A stretch of 44,492 nt of DNA from an uncultured Clostridia bacterium (GTDB lineage Bacteria > Bacillota > Clostridia > Oscillospirales > Oscillospiraceae), in assembly GCA_947306975.1 (NCBI GenBank), contig CAMZHU010000001.1, forward strand, positions 1 through 44,492, given 5' to 3'. The notes below the pieces were generated by a model, which had not been told where the DNA came from, ran no database searches, and was given only the letters and a program-made list of their open reading frames with translations. Below are positions 17,979 to 26,117 of the stretch, piece after piece (positions within the stretch are counted from its first letter, which is position 1; each line of letters begins with the position of its first letter). Both the position numbers and the translations under genes were made by a program.

Positions 17979-20015
17979 TTACAGGAGTTTCCCCCTGGCG
18001 CAGGCTGTCACGTCAGCGCCTATACGCGCAAGCCCGAAATCGGTGTCAAAGTCCTTTTTCTTGACCTCTACGGTCACGGTCACTTCACCCTTTGCGCCGC
18101 AGCGTTCAGCTTTCTTTGCTGCCCGCTCCTTAGCGATAACGGTAGCACGCCTGATCGCCATATCCAGATCGTCGAAAGCTTCTCTGTTTTCTCCGGATAT
18201 GAAGAAAATACCGTCATTCTCATCCGCTTTGGGCGTGATATAGTCGGCCTTAATATGCACGGTCTCGTACACGCATACGTTTCCGAGCACAGCGCCCAGT
18301 GCATTGGATACTCCTGAGTATTCAGAAACCCGCCATTCGGTATGAAGGGCTCTGGCCACATCGGGCAGGAATATATGTATAGGCGCGCCTGCGCCGAGAA
18401 GAACAGCGTCCGTTGAGAAGGTGTTCCTGAAAAAGCGCGTTTTCTCTTCGGATATCTCCTCTGCAAACGCCTGTTTGGCAAGTGTTTCTAGTTCCTTTGG
18501 CGCATAAGGCGACCGCTCCGTACCGTATGCGTCGCTCCAAAGCATCCTTACTATCTTACAGTACAGTTTTTCCTTAATCTGCCTGTATACCTCGTCGATA
18601 ATCCACTCCTGCTCCCTGCCGGTGGATCTGCTTATGAAACCAAGCGCAAGGCTCGCTGCGCGCTCGGCTGATCCGGATATCAGCTTTCCGTAGGCTCCGC
18701 ACGTCATATCACGAGCGTCGCCCCTGAGTATAAAAGCGTCTGTCGGCGTAAAACCGCAGCGCAGCACAGCTCCCAACTGTTCAAGACGTTCCGTACGCAC
18801 ACTGTATCTGTTAGTACCGATAGCACGCGCAAGCTGCAGCACGCTTTTCGGCCCTTCCCTCAGCGCTTCGCAGATCCTTCGGTCATCCTCTGAAAAACGT
18901 CTGTCTCCGTCGTCTATCTCTTTAAGCAGCAAGAAATGCTCGTAGAGAGCGACGGAACAGCCGTCATACCATTCCTCGGTGCTCTCAAGCTCCGGGAGCA
19001 CCTCCGGAAAACGGCTGGCAAGTATCGATACCGGCATGACGCGCCTGCTGTCGAGCGAAATTGAACGCCGGCTGTACCAAACGCGGCTGTCTCCGCCCAG
19101 GGCAAGAGTCTCGATGCTCACCCCGCGTACGAAGGTCTGCCATCCGGCCAGGCGTATCCCGTTCGCGTCGATCTTAGGACTGCCGTTTTTGATGATCGCC
19201 ATATCGCTCGTCGTGCCGCCCATGTCGATCACGACCGCCTGGCGTTCGCCGAAAAGTTCACCCGCTCCTTTAACGCTCGCAGTAGGCCCGCATACGAGGG
19301 TCTCTACAGGATAGCTGAGCGTGTATTCCTCGCTCACGAGTGAGCCGTCGCTCCGCATTATAAGTATCGGAAGGTTTATACCATCCTCTTCGAGGACGGC
19401 ATGGATGGCATCGAAAAACTCGGCTATGACCTTCGACATGCGCGCGTTCAGCAGCGCGCCTGCGCCGCGTTTTATAACGTTTACTTCCCTGAATATCTCA
19501 TATGAACACGTCACCGGGATGTCGGAAAAAGCAGCTATGCGCTCTGCGGCCTGCCGCTCGTAGAGCCCGTCGTTGGTCCTCGCACCGATCTGAGCCACTG
19601 CGATACCGTCGTAGTGCTTTGTGATGCTCGGCAGCATCCCGTCGAGCGCGGCCCAATCCGGTTCGATCCCCTTATCGGGATCTCCGTCGATAAAGCGCAT
19701 GAATTCCATGCCCTCAAAACCGTATGAGGACAGCGTCCACTCAACGGCAGCCTTGCTGGCGCCTATAAAGAGGAGGCAGATGTTCTCGCCTTTCTTTTCC
19801 ACGCAGGCGTTCGTGGCCAAAGTCGTCGATAACGAGATATATGAAGCCCCGTCTATAAGATCTCTCGGGAGCTGACGCAGGACCTCCCGTATTCCGATCT
19901 CAAGATCCTCATGGGTGGTCATCGCCTTCGCGTATGTCAGTATCCTGTGGTCTTCAAGGTCGTAGACGACAGCATCAGTCGAAGTGCTGCCTGTGTCTAT
20001 GCCGATTGCCGTCAT
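17979..20015 (-). CDS. Hydantoinase/oxoprolinase A (HyuA)-like ASKHA ATPase, solitary (no HyuB partner)
   Basis: 678 aa. ASKHA phosphate motifs IGIDTGSTSTDAV and VVIDMGGTTSDMA are present, and the length and architecture match HyuA-type subunits. There is no Cys cluster. The start lies 14 nt after the folC stop. Confidence 0.7.
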   Translation of the reverse strand: MTAIGIDTGSTSTDAVVYDLEDHRILTYAKAMTTHEDLEIGIREVLRQLPRDLIDGASYISLSTTLATNACVEKKGENICLLFIGASKAAVEWTLSSYGFEGMEFMRFIDGDPDKGIEPDWAALDGMLPSITKHYDGIAVAQIGARTNDGLYERQAAERIAAFSDIPVTCSYEIFREVNVIKRGAGALLNARMSKVIAEFFDAIHAVLEEDGINLPILIMRSDGSLVSEEYTLSYPVETLVCGPTASVKGAGELFGERQAVVIDMGGTTSDMAIIKNGSPKIDANGIRLAGWQTFVRGVSIETLALGGDSRVWYSRRSISLDSRRVMPVSILASRFPEVLPELESTEEWYDGCSVALYEHFLLLKEIDDGDRRFSEDDRRICEALREGPKSVLQLARAIGTNRYSVRTERLEQLGAVLRCGFTPTDAFILRGDARDMTCGAYGKLISGSAERAASLALGFISRSTGREQEWIIDEVYRQIKEKLYCKIVRMLWSDAYGTERSPYAPKELETLAKQAFAEEISEEKTRFFRNTFSTDAVLLGAGAPIHIFLPDVARALHTEWRVSEYSGVSNALGAVLGNVCVYETVHIKADYITPKADENDGIFFISGENREAFDDLDMAIRRATVIAKERAAKKAERCGAKGEVTVTVEVKKKDFDTDFGLARIGADVTACARGKLL

Positions 20016-20029
20016 TTGGTGCGCTCTCC

Positions 20030-21865
20030 TTATACTTGGTCATCAAACCTGTATACAGTCTCTTCTGTTACAACAGTTCCCGGCTTCACATCAGTGATCT
20101 CGCATGATGTCCTGTCGAGGTGCTGGGCCTCGAACGCCACACATACCGTCACTGCAGACGGGCATCTGACAAGGTAACGGTCATAGTATCCGCATCCGTG
20201 GCCGAGCCGGCCTCCGAAACCGTCGAATCCGACGCAAGGGACTATAACGGCGTCTATCTCTTCCGGAGGGATCAAATCGGAGCGTTCCTTCATCGGAGAC
20301 TTTATCCCGTACGCGCCCGTCACCCAGGCGTTCTCGTCACGAGGGATCATCGCTTCCATTTCTCCCCCGTCGCCGGTAACCGGATAGGCTATCCTTGCCC
20401 CGTTCCGGGCCGCATACCTGTCGAATCCGCCAACGTCCGCCTCTCCGCGGACCGCACAGTACGAGAGGATGGTCCTTGCCCCCTTGAGTTCCGGCATTTC
20501 CTCAAGCCTTTCACATATGCGTGCGCTGTACTCGCTGCGCTGTTCTTCTGTAAGCGCCAGACGGGCCGCGCTGCAGTTTTTTCTCTGCAGCTTTTTCAGC
20601 TTTCCCGGAAAAACGCTGCGCACGTGACCGGCCATATAAAGTGAGCCGAATGAGACGACCGGCACGCCGGTCTCCCCTGCCAGTTCGAGCGCTCTCTCTA
20701 CGCCGTCTTCTATGCTCTCGCAAGCTTCTGCCTCTGCTCCCCGTGATACTAGATACTTCGCAAGGTCGCCGCTTATGAGCCTGCGGGGACTGTCAGGGGT
20801 AACGCATACGAATCTGTCTGCGTAAGGCAGCATCAGGGACATTATGGTCTCATAATCCTTGTCCGCCAGAACGCCTGTGAGAAATATGACTTTTTTATCC
20901 GGCAGGAGCATGTCGAGGCTCTTCGTCAATGCCTCCGCGCACTGCGGGTTGTGTCCGCCGTCCAGGATAAACAGCGGATCACGGCTCAGCACTTCCATAC
21001 GCGCCGGCCACTGGACAGTGCGAAGTCCTTCATCAACAGCCATCTCGGGTATATCCCAGCCACGGTCACGCAGCGCCTCAGTTCCGGTCAGCACCAGTGC
21101 AGCGTTATGAAGCTGGTGCGGTCCCAAAAGAGAAAGCGAATACTCTCTGCCGTCCCATCTGAAACGCTGTCCGTCAAGGGTGTACCCAAGCGGCTCGAGC
21201 CGCGAGAAATCTACGCAGTACAGCGGGACTTCCATATCGGCGCAAACGCTTTTTACGACTTCGGTCACTTCGGGAGCCCCGTCGTAGCATACGCATGAAC
21301 AGCCGTTCTTGATGATCCCGGCTTTTGTGGAGGCGATCTCTTCTAGCGTGTTGCCGAGGTATTCGGTGTGCTCCAGACCAATATTCGTTATTACGGCAAG
21401 TTCAGGCGCGTCTATCGCGTTGGTCGAATCAAGTGCTCCGCCCATGCCAACCTCAAGGACGACGGCGTCGCAGTGTTCTTCACAGAAATACTGCATGGCT
21501 ATGGCCGTAACAAGTTCAAACTGACTGGGGTGATCCTCCATATGTTCGGCGATATTCATGACGCGCTCCGTAAGCTCCGCCAGCCTTCCGCCCGGTATAT
21601 CCCTGCCGTCTATCCTGATCCTCTCATTGAAGACCTGGATATACGGGGATGTATAGAGTCCGGTCCTGTAACCGGCCGCTCGAAGGATGGCGTCGAACAT
21701 GGCGCAGGAACTGCCTTTCCCGTTGCTCCCGGCAACGTGGATAAACTTCAACCTCTTCTGGGGATCCCCCAGCTGCGCAAGCAGTTCCTTTGTCCGTCCC
21801 AGCCCTAGACGGGTCGTGCTCCAGCCGTAATTCTCTATATAGGAAATCGCTTCCTGCTCAGTCAT
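20030..21865 (-). CDS. folC: Folylpolyglutamate synthase/dihydrofolate synthase fused to 5-formyltetrahydrofolate cyclo-ligase
   Basis: The N-terminal ~425 aa are FolC/Mur-ligase like (HVAGSNGKGS, ITNIGLEHTEYLG, DGGHNP). The C-terminal ~180 aa are MTHFS like (ILSYCAVRGEAD..., VPCVGFDGFGGRLGHGCGYYDRYL). The start overlaps the folT stop (ATGA). Confidence 0.85.
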   Translation of the reverse strand: MTEQEAISYIENYGWSTTRLGLGRTKELLAQLGDPQKRLKFIHVAGSNGKGSSCAMFDAILRAAGYRTGLYTSPYIQVFNERIRIDGRDIPGGRLAELTERVMNIAEHMEDHPSQFELVTAIAMQYFCEEHCDAVVLEVGMGGALDSTNAIDAPELAVITNIGLEHTEYLGNTLEEIASTKAGIIKNGCSCVCYDGAPEVTEVVKSVCADMEVPLYCVDFSRLEPLGYTLDGQRFRWDGREYSLSLLGPHQLHNAALVLTGTEALRDRGWDIPEMAVDEGLRTVQWPARMEVLSRDPLFILDGGHNPQCAEALTKSLDMLLPDKKVIFLTGVLADKDYETIMSLMLPYADRFVCVTPDSPRRLISGDLAKYLVSRGAEAEACESIEDGVERALELAGETGVPVVSFGSLYMAGHVRSVFPGKLKKLQRKNCSAARLALTEEQRSEYSARICERLEEMPELKGARTILSYCAVRGEADVGGFDRYAARNGARIAYPVTGDGGEMEAMIPRDENAWVTGAYGIKSPMKERSDLIPPEEIDAVIVPCVGFDGFGGRLGHGCGYYDRYLVRCPSAVTVCVAFEAQHLDRTSCEITDVKPGTVVTEETVYRFDDQV

Positions 21866-22377
21866 GTATGCGCTCTCTTTCCGATCTCGTGGATCACTTT
21901 AACGATTATGGGTATGAATATGAGCTGTACAGCCGTAAGTATGCCGGTCTGCGGCAGTCGCCCGACAAGCGTCGGCACATACGGCATCCCGTACAGCACT
22001 TTGAGCCAGTATGTGTTGAGTATCAGGCTCAGCACCCACTGCTGGATCACGACAGCGATCACTATGCGGACCATCGTCTGTTTATCGTGCAGCAACGAGC
22101 CGTAAAGCAGGCCCGTCAAAGCCGCTGTCACGGTGAAGCCTGGAAAATACGGTCCCACCGGGAAAATGAACGCGCCCAGTATATCGGCGAGTATCCCGAT
22201 GATCATTGCCGGGACAGGACCGAACATTACGCCCGCTATTACTATGGGGATGAAGTCAAGGCTGAGCTTGATCGTCTGAGTCGGTCTGAACGTTACAAAA
22301 TGCGCTATTACTACTTCGAGCGCTATAAGAACGCCCATTACTGCCAGCATCTTCGTACTGATTTTCTGCCTGTTCAT
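21862..22377 (-). CDS. folT: Folate ECF-transporter substrate-capture (S) component
   Basis: 171 aa from the ATG at 22377 (MNRQKISTKMLAVMGVLIALE...), with about 6 TM helices. AGGAG lies 8 nt upstream and a THF riboswitch precedes the gene. The ORF-track extension to 22554 runs through the riboswitch and is not coding. Confidence 0.8.
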   Translation of the reverse strand: MNRQKISTKMLAVMGVLIALEVVIAHFVTFRPTQTIKLSLDFIPIVIAGVMFGPVPAMIIGILADILGAFIFPVGPYFPGFTVTAALTGLLYGSLLHDKQTMVRIVIAVVIQQWVLSLILNTYWLKVLYGMPYVPTLVGRLPQTGILTAVQLIFIPIIVKVIHEIGKRAHT

Positions 22378-22380
22378 AGA

Positions 22381-22592
22381 AAAAACTCCTTTCGCGGCAG
22401 TAGCCACAAAAGGAGTTTTATCCGACGCTTTACCTCGTTCCCTCCCCGATCGGGCGGGAAACGGGTTTTCGCGAGGTATGTCCACCTTTAGTGGCAGCGG
22501 ATGCGGCTCCGGCACCGCAACGCGATGCGTTTTCGTCCAACGGCAACTTCCCATCCGCTGACACTTGACGCGCCGGAACCTACTCTACCTCT
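22381..22592 (-). promoter_or_regulatory. THF-I riboswitch (aptamer ~22493-22589) plus expression platform with an RBS-sequestering terminator hairpin (22381-22420)
   Basis: The minus strand reads GGUAGAGUAGGUUCCGGCGCGUCAAGUGUCAGCGGAUGGGAAGUUGCCGUUGGACGAAAACGCAUCGCGUUGCGGUGCCGGAGCCGCAUCCGCUGCC. It shares the conserved blocks AGAGUAG, GCGUnAAGUGU, AUGGGAnGU, ACGAA and GCAUCCGCU with the E. siraeum THF aptamer as I recall it. P1 (GGUAG/CUGCC) and P2 (GUUCCGGC/GCCGGAGC) can pair. Downstream, AAAACUCCUUU-N16-AAAGGAGUUUUUU ends 3 nt before the AUG. Confidence 0.85.
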
Positions 22593-22616
22593 TAATTGTC
22601 TTTCTTCGTGCGGTCT

Positions 22617-23471
22617 TTACTTCGCCGCGCGTTTTGCGGCCTCGATAACATGCGAGACCAGCACGCTCGTAGTTACGTTGCCTACACCGCCGGGGACCGG
22701 GGTGATACTGGCAACTATGGGCTCTGCTTCTTCAAATTTAACGTCGCCGCAGAGCTTCTGTTTCTCCTCGTTCCATCCTATGCCGACATCGATCACTATC
22801 TGACCTTCGCGGAGATGCTCCGCCCCGATGCTCTCCATCTGGCCGGATGCTGCCACGACGATATCTGCGCCGCGTGTCTCAGCGGGGACATCCTTCGTTC
22901 GGGTATGGCAGATGGTTATCGTAGCGTTCTCATGCATGAGCATCATGGCTACGGGTCTGCCGATAACGAGCGATCTGCCGACTATCGTGACTCTCTTGCC
23001 CTTGGGGTCGATGCCGTAATAGTGCAGGATCTCCATCGCAGCCTGCGCAGTGCAGGGAGGGAATCCGCTGACCGTATTCGTGAACACGCCGGCGAGCGAG
23101 CCGTCCGTGCACCCGTCTACATCCTTCTCCGGGGCAAGGAGTTTGCGCGCCTTCTCGCCGTCAAGCTGTTTCGGGAGCGGCCGGAACATGAGTATGCCGT
23201 GCACGGAATCGTCCTTGTTCAGATCATCGAGCGTCTTGAAAAAAGTATCGCTGTCGACGTCGGCGGGAAGCACGACGTTCTTGACCTCCACGCCGACCTG
23301 GCCGCAGCGTTTCATAGCGCCGCGCTCATAACTCAGGTCGTCGTCGCGCTCTCCGACGCGGAGAATAGCCAGCGTCGGGATGACGCCGTTTTCTTTCAGC
23401 GCCGCGGCGTCGGCGGCCATCTTCTCATTAAGCGCGGCCGCTACCGGTGCGCCTTTCAGTAACTCTGCCAT
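22617..23471 (-). CDS. folD: Bifunctional 5,10-methylene-THF dehydrogenase / 5,10-methenyl-THF cyclohydrolase
   Basis: MAELLKGAPVAAAL..., GKRVTIVGRSLVIGRPVAMML, PVPGGVG. The ATG at 23471 overlaps the fchA stop (TGATG). The ORF track starts at a TTG at 23477. Confidence 0.9.
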   Translation of the reverse strand: MAELLKGAPVAAALNEKMAADAAALKENGVIPTLAILRVGERDDDLSYERGAMKRCGQVGVEVKNVVLPADVDSDTFFKTLDDLNKDDSVHGILMFRPLPKQLDGEKARKLLAPEKDVDGCTDGSLAGVFTNTVSGFPPCTAQAAMEILHYYGIDPKGKRVTIVGRSLVIGRPVAMMLMHENATITICHTRTKDVPAETRGADIVVAASGQMESIGAEHLREGQIVIDVGIGWNEEKQKLCGDVKFEEAEPIVASITPVPGGVGNVTTSVLVSHVIEAAKRAAK

Positions 23472-24088
23472 CAGCAAAACTCCCTGTATATCTCTTCGTA
23501 CGTCTCTTTCGCGATCGGCAGATACTTGCCCATCTGCCTGTCGACGTGAGCGTCGATCTTCGCCGCGTAATCGCGGTCCTTCATGGATTTCGTGTTTACC
23601 TTTACGTTGATTGCCGCGCCGCAGATCGCGCCGTAGCAGATTATTGCGCCGGTCGCTGCGTCGGAGAGGATGATCTTGCTTCCCTTTTTGCCGAACTCAC
23701 GGAGGACCTCGACGGCCTCACAGCAGAGGTCGAGCATTTCTACCGGGACAGCGGCTCCGTCCCTGAGGCACTTCTCCATTACTTCGTCGCGGGTGGGGTC
23801 ATCTTTCGGTATGCCGTATGCGCGGCTCAGAGGTTCGAACGCCGCAGCGTCCTTTTCTATGCATTCGAGGAGCTTAACGCGAAGATCCTGCGCTCTCGCC
23901 ATGAGAGCTTTTATTTCCTCTTCAACGTCGGCGTATTTTTTCTTGCCGACGGTAAACTCGCCGACCATATCTCCGAGCGCGACGCCGATCGCACCGACAA
24001 GAGCGCTTGCTCCGCCGCCGCCCGGTACGGACGACTTGGAGGCCAGCTGCTCGGTAAAACTGGTTACGCTGGATTCAAGAAGGTTCAT
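23471..24088 (-). CDS. fchA: Cyclodeaminase/cyclohydrolase-family protein (methenyl-THF cyclohydrolase type)
   Basis: 205 aa, all helical. The N-terminus FTEQLASKSSVPGGGGASALVGAIGVALGDMV is the hallmark of the formiminotransferase-cyclodeaminase C-domain / FchA family. Confidence 0.8.
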   Translation of the reverse strand: MNLLESSVTSFTEQLASKSSVPGGGGASALVGAIGVALGDMVGEFTVGKKKYADVEEEIKALMARAQDLRVKLLECIEKDAAAFEPLSRAYGIPKDDPTRDEVMEKCLRDGAAVPVEMLDLCCEAVEVLREFGKKGSKIILSDAATGAIICYGAICGAAINVKVNTKSMKDRDYAAKIDAHVDRQMGKYLPIAKETYEEIYREFC

Positions 24089-24172
24089 CTTAGCACCTCT
24101 CTATAGTACTTGCATAAAACGACACACGCCTCCGGACCGGATAGGTCCGGAGGACATGTTCATGTTAATAAG

Positions 24173-25171
24173 TCAGGCTCTGGCCTTTTTGATCTCTTCG
24201 GTGAGGACCGGAAGCACCTCGAAGAGGTTGCCGACGATACCGTAGTCCGCTACGTCAAAAATGGGAGCGTCGGGATCCTTGTTGATGGCGATTATGACAT
24301 CGCTGGAAGTCATACCGGCAAGATGCTGGATAGCGCCGGAGATGCCGCATGCGATGTAGAGCTTGGGACCGACGATCTTGCCGGTCTGGCCGACCTGATG
24401 CGCATGGGATATCCAGCCCGCATCGACAGCGGCGCGGGAAGCGCCGACGGTCGCACCGAGGACCTCCGCCAGCTCACGGATGGGTTCAAACCCTTCCGGT
24501 CCGCCGACGCCGCGGCCGCCGGATACGATTATATCCGCGCCTTCGAGGTCAACGTTCTCGCCGCCCATGTCCTTGATGACTTCGAGCACCTGCGTACGGA
24601 TAACGTCCGCAGCTGCGATCTCTTCCTTGATGATCTCGGCTTTCGCCTCGCCGGGTTCGCCCTTTTTGAAGGCGCCGGGACGGATGCTGCCTATCTGGGG
24701 CCTCTGCTCCGGGCAGGAGAGGACTTCCATGATGCTGCCGCCGTAGGCGGGGCGGGTCCACTCGATACTGCCGTCATCGCAGACGCCGAGAGCAGTGCAG
24801 TCGGACGCAAGGCCGGTCTTCAGACGGCATGCGACTACAGGAGCAAGTTCGCGTCCGTCGGGGGTGGCTCCGAGGAGGATAGTCGCCGGGCCGTATTTCT
24901 CGGCAAGCGACGCCAGGGCCTTGGCAAAAGCTTCAACGGTGAATTCCTTGTATTCCGGGCCGTCAACAACGATGACTTTATCAGCGCCGTACTCAGAGGC
25001 CGCCTTTACAGCCGCGTCGGCTCCGCAGCCGATCACGACGGCGACGAGAGCGCCGCCCTGCTTTCCGGCAAGCTCCTTGCCGGGTGTCAGCATCTCTATG
25101 CCGACGTTCTTCGCGGTGCCGTCCTCGTTAGTTTCTATAAATACCCACAGGTCTTTGGTCTTGGCTTCCAT
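24173..25171 (-). CDS. etfA: Electron transfer flavoprotein alpha subunit
   Basis: 332 aa with a C-terminal FAD domain ([43 protein letters not shown]). There is no N-terminal ferredoxin domain. Confidence 0.9.
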   Translation of the reverse strand: MEAKTKDLWVFIETNEDGTAKNVGIEMLTPGKELAGKQGGALVAVVIGCGADAAVKAASEYGADKVIVVDGPEYKEFTVEAFAKALASLAEKYGPATILLGATPDGRELAPVVACRLKTGLASDCTALGVCDDGSIEWTRPAYGGSIMEVLSCPEQRPQIGSIRPGAFKKGEPGEAKAEIIKEEIAAADVIRTQVLEVIKDMGGENVDLEGADIIVSGGRGVGGPEGFEPIRELAEVLGATVGASRAAVDAGWISHAHQVGQTGKIVGPKLYIACGISGAIQHLAGMTSSDVIIAINKDPDAPIFDVADYGIVGNLFEVLPVLTEEIKKARA

Positions 25172-25190
25172 TTCTGTGTACCCCCTTCCC

Positions 25191-25994
25191 TCAGATAACG
25201 CGAGCGTCGCTCAGGAGAGCGAACAGCTTCTTCGCTGAATTCTCGTCGCTGTCTTCCTGTATCTTGATGCCGCTCTTGGATCTCTGCGGGACATAGGTCT
25301 TGATGACCTTTGTGGGAGATCCGGCAGCGCCAACTGCGGAAGCGTCGAGGCCGGCAAGATCGGCGCCGGTCAGTGTCGGGATCTGGGCGCGGTTTGCAGC
25401 CATCTTGCGCTTGATGGTGGGATAACGAGGATCCCATGAAGGCTTCGTGAATGTCACGAGGCAGGGGGTCTTCACGGCAACGACCTTAACGCCGCCGTCG
25501 ATCTCCTTGTTGACCTTGAGCGTCTCGCCCTCGTCAAAGGCCTCGAGGCCGTAGGTGACGAGAGGATAACCGAGATACTCGGCGAGCTGGGGGCCGACCT
25601 GGGCGGAATCGCCGTCGGTCGCCTGCTTGCCGCAGAATATGGCGTCGAACTTGCCCTCGGTCTCTTCGATCTTTTTAACTGCGCAGCAGAGGATATAAGC
25701 GGTAGCGAGAGTGTCGGAACCGTCAAAGGCGTCGTCGGAGATGAAATACGCTTTGTCCGCGGCGATGGCAAGACCTTCCTTAAGCGCCTTCTCCACGCCT
25801 GCGGCGCCGATGGTCACGAGAACAATCTTGGTATCGGGATCCTTGTCCTTGATGCGGGCAGCCGCCTCGAGTGCATAGCTGTCGAACGGGTTGATGATCT
25901 TCGGTACCTCGTCGGTGTTGAGGGTGTTTTTTGCGGGATCGGCTTTGAGCTCGGCCGGATCCGGAACCTGCTTGATGCAGACTAATATGTTCAT
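25191..25994 (-). CDS. etfB: Electron transfer flavoprotein beta subunit (bifurcating-type signature)
   Basis: MNILVCIKQVPD..., NPFDSYALEAA, CGKQATDGDSAQVGPQLAE. The last motif resembles, from recall, the A. fermentans EtfB motif GRQAIDGDTAQVGPEIAE. Confidence 0.9.
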   Translation of the reverse strand: MNILVCIKQVPDPAELKADPAKNTLNTDEVPKIINPFDSYALEAAARIKDKDPDTKIVLVTIGAAGVEKALKEGLAIAADKAYFISDDAFDGSDTLATAYILCCAVKKIEETEGKFDAIFCGKQATDGDSAQVGPQLAEYLGYPLVTYGLEAFDEGETLKVNKEIDGGVKVVAVKTPCLVTFTKPSWDPRYPTIKRKMAANRAQIPTLTGADLAGLDASAVGAAGSPTKVIKTYVPQRSKSGIKIQEDSDENSAKKLFALLSDARVI

Positions 25995-26117
25995 ATCGAT
26001 CCATCCTTCCTGTTTGTTATTGTCCGGTACGCCAGCCCCTCTGTACTGGACCGGGCCGGTCTATATGCCCGCGCCCGGCAGCAGCAACTGCGCCGGGTGC
26101 GGATAAGAGTCATTAGA

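Noticed and set aside
19594-19600. B12-box-like GCCACTG; more generally, I looked for cobalamin riboswitches in front of the mutase, the corrinoid protein and MT-II.
   Set aside because: The only B12-box-like match I noticed lies inside the HyuA-like coding region, on the non-transcribed strand. The relevant 5' leaders (9210-9266, 17842-17901, 29460-29560) are short or lack the conserved cobalamin-aptamer core.
22378-22554. N-terminal 59-aa extension of the folT ORF (MGSCRWTKTHRVAVPEPH...).
   Set aside because: This stretch is the THF riboswitch and its expression platform. The internal ATG at 22377 has a proper RBS and yields a normal-length FolT.
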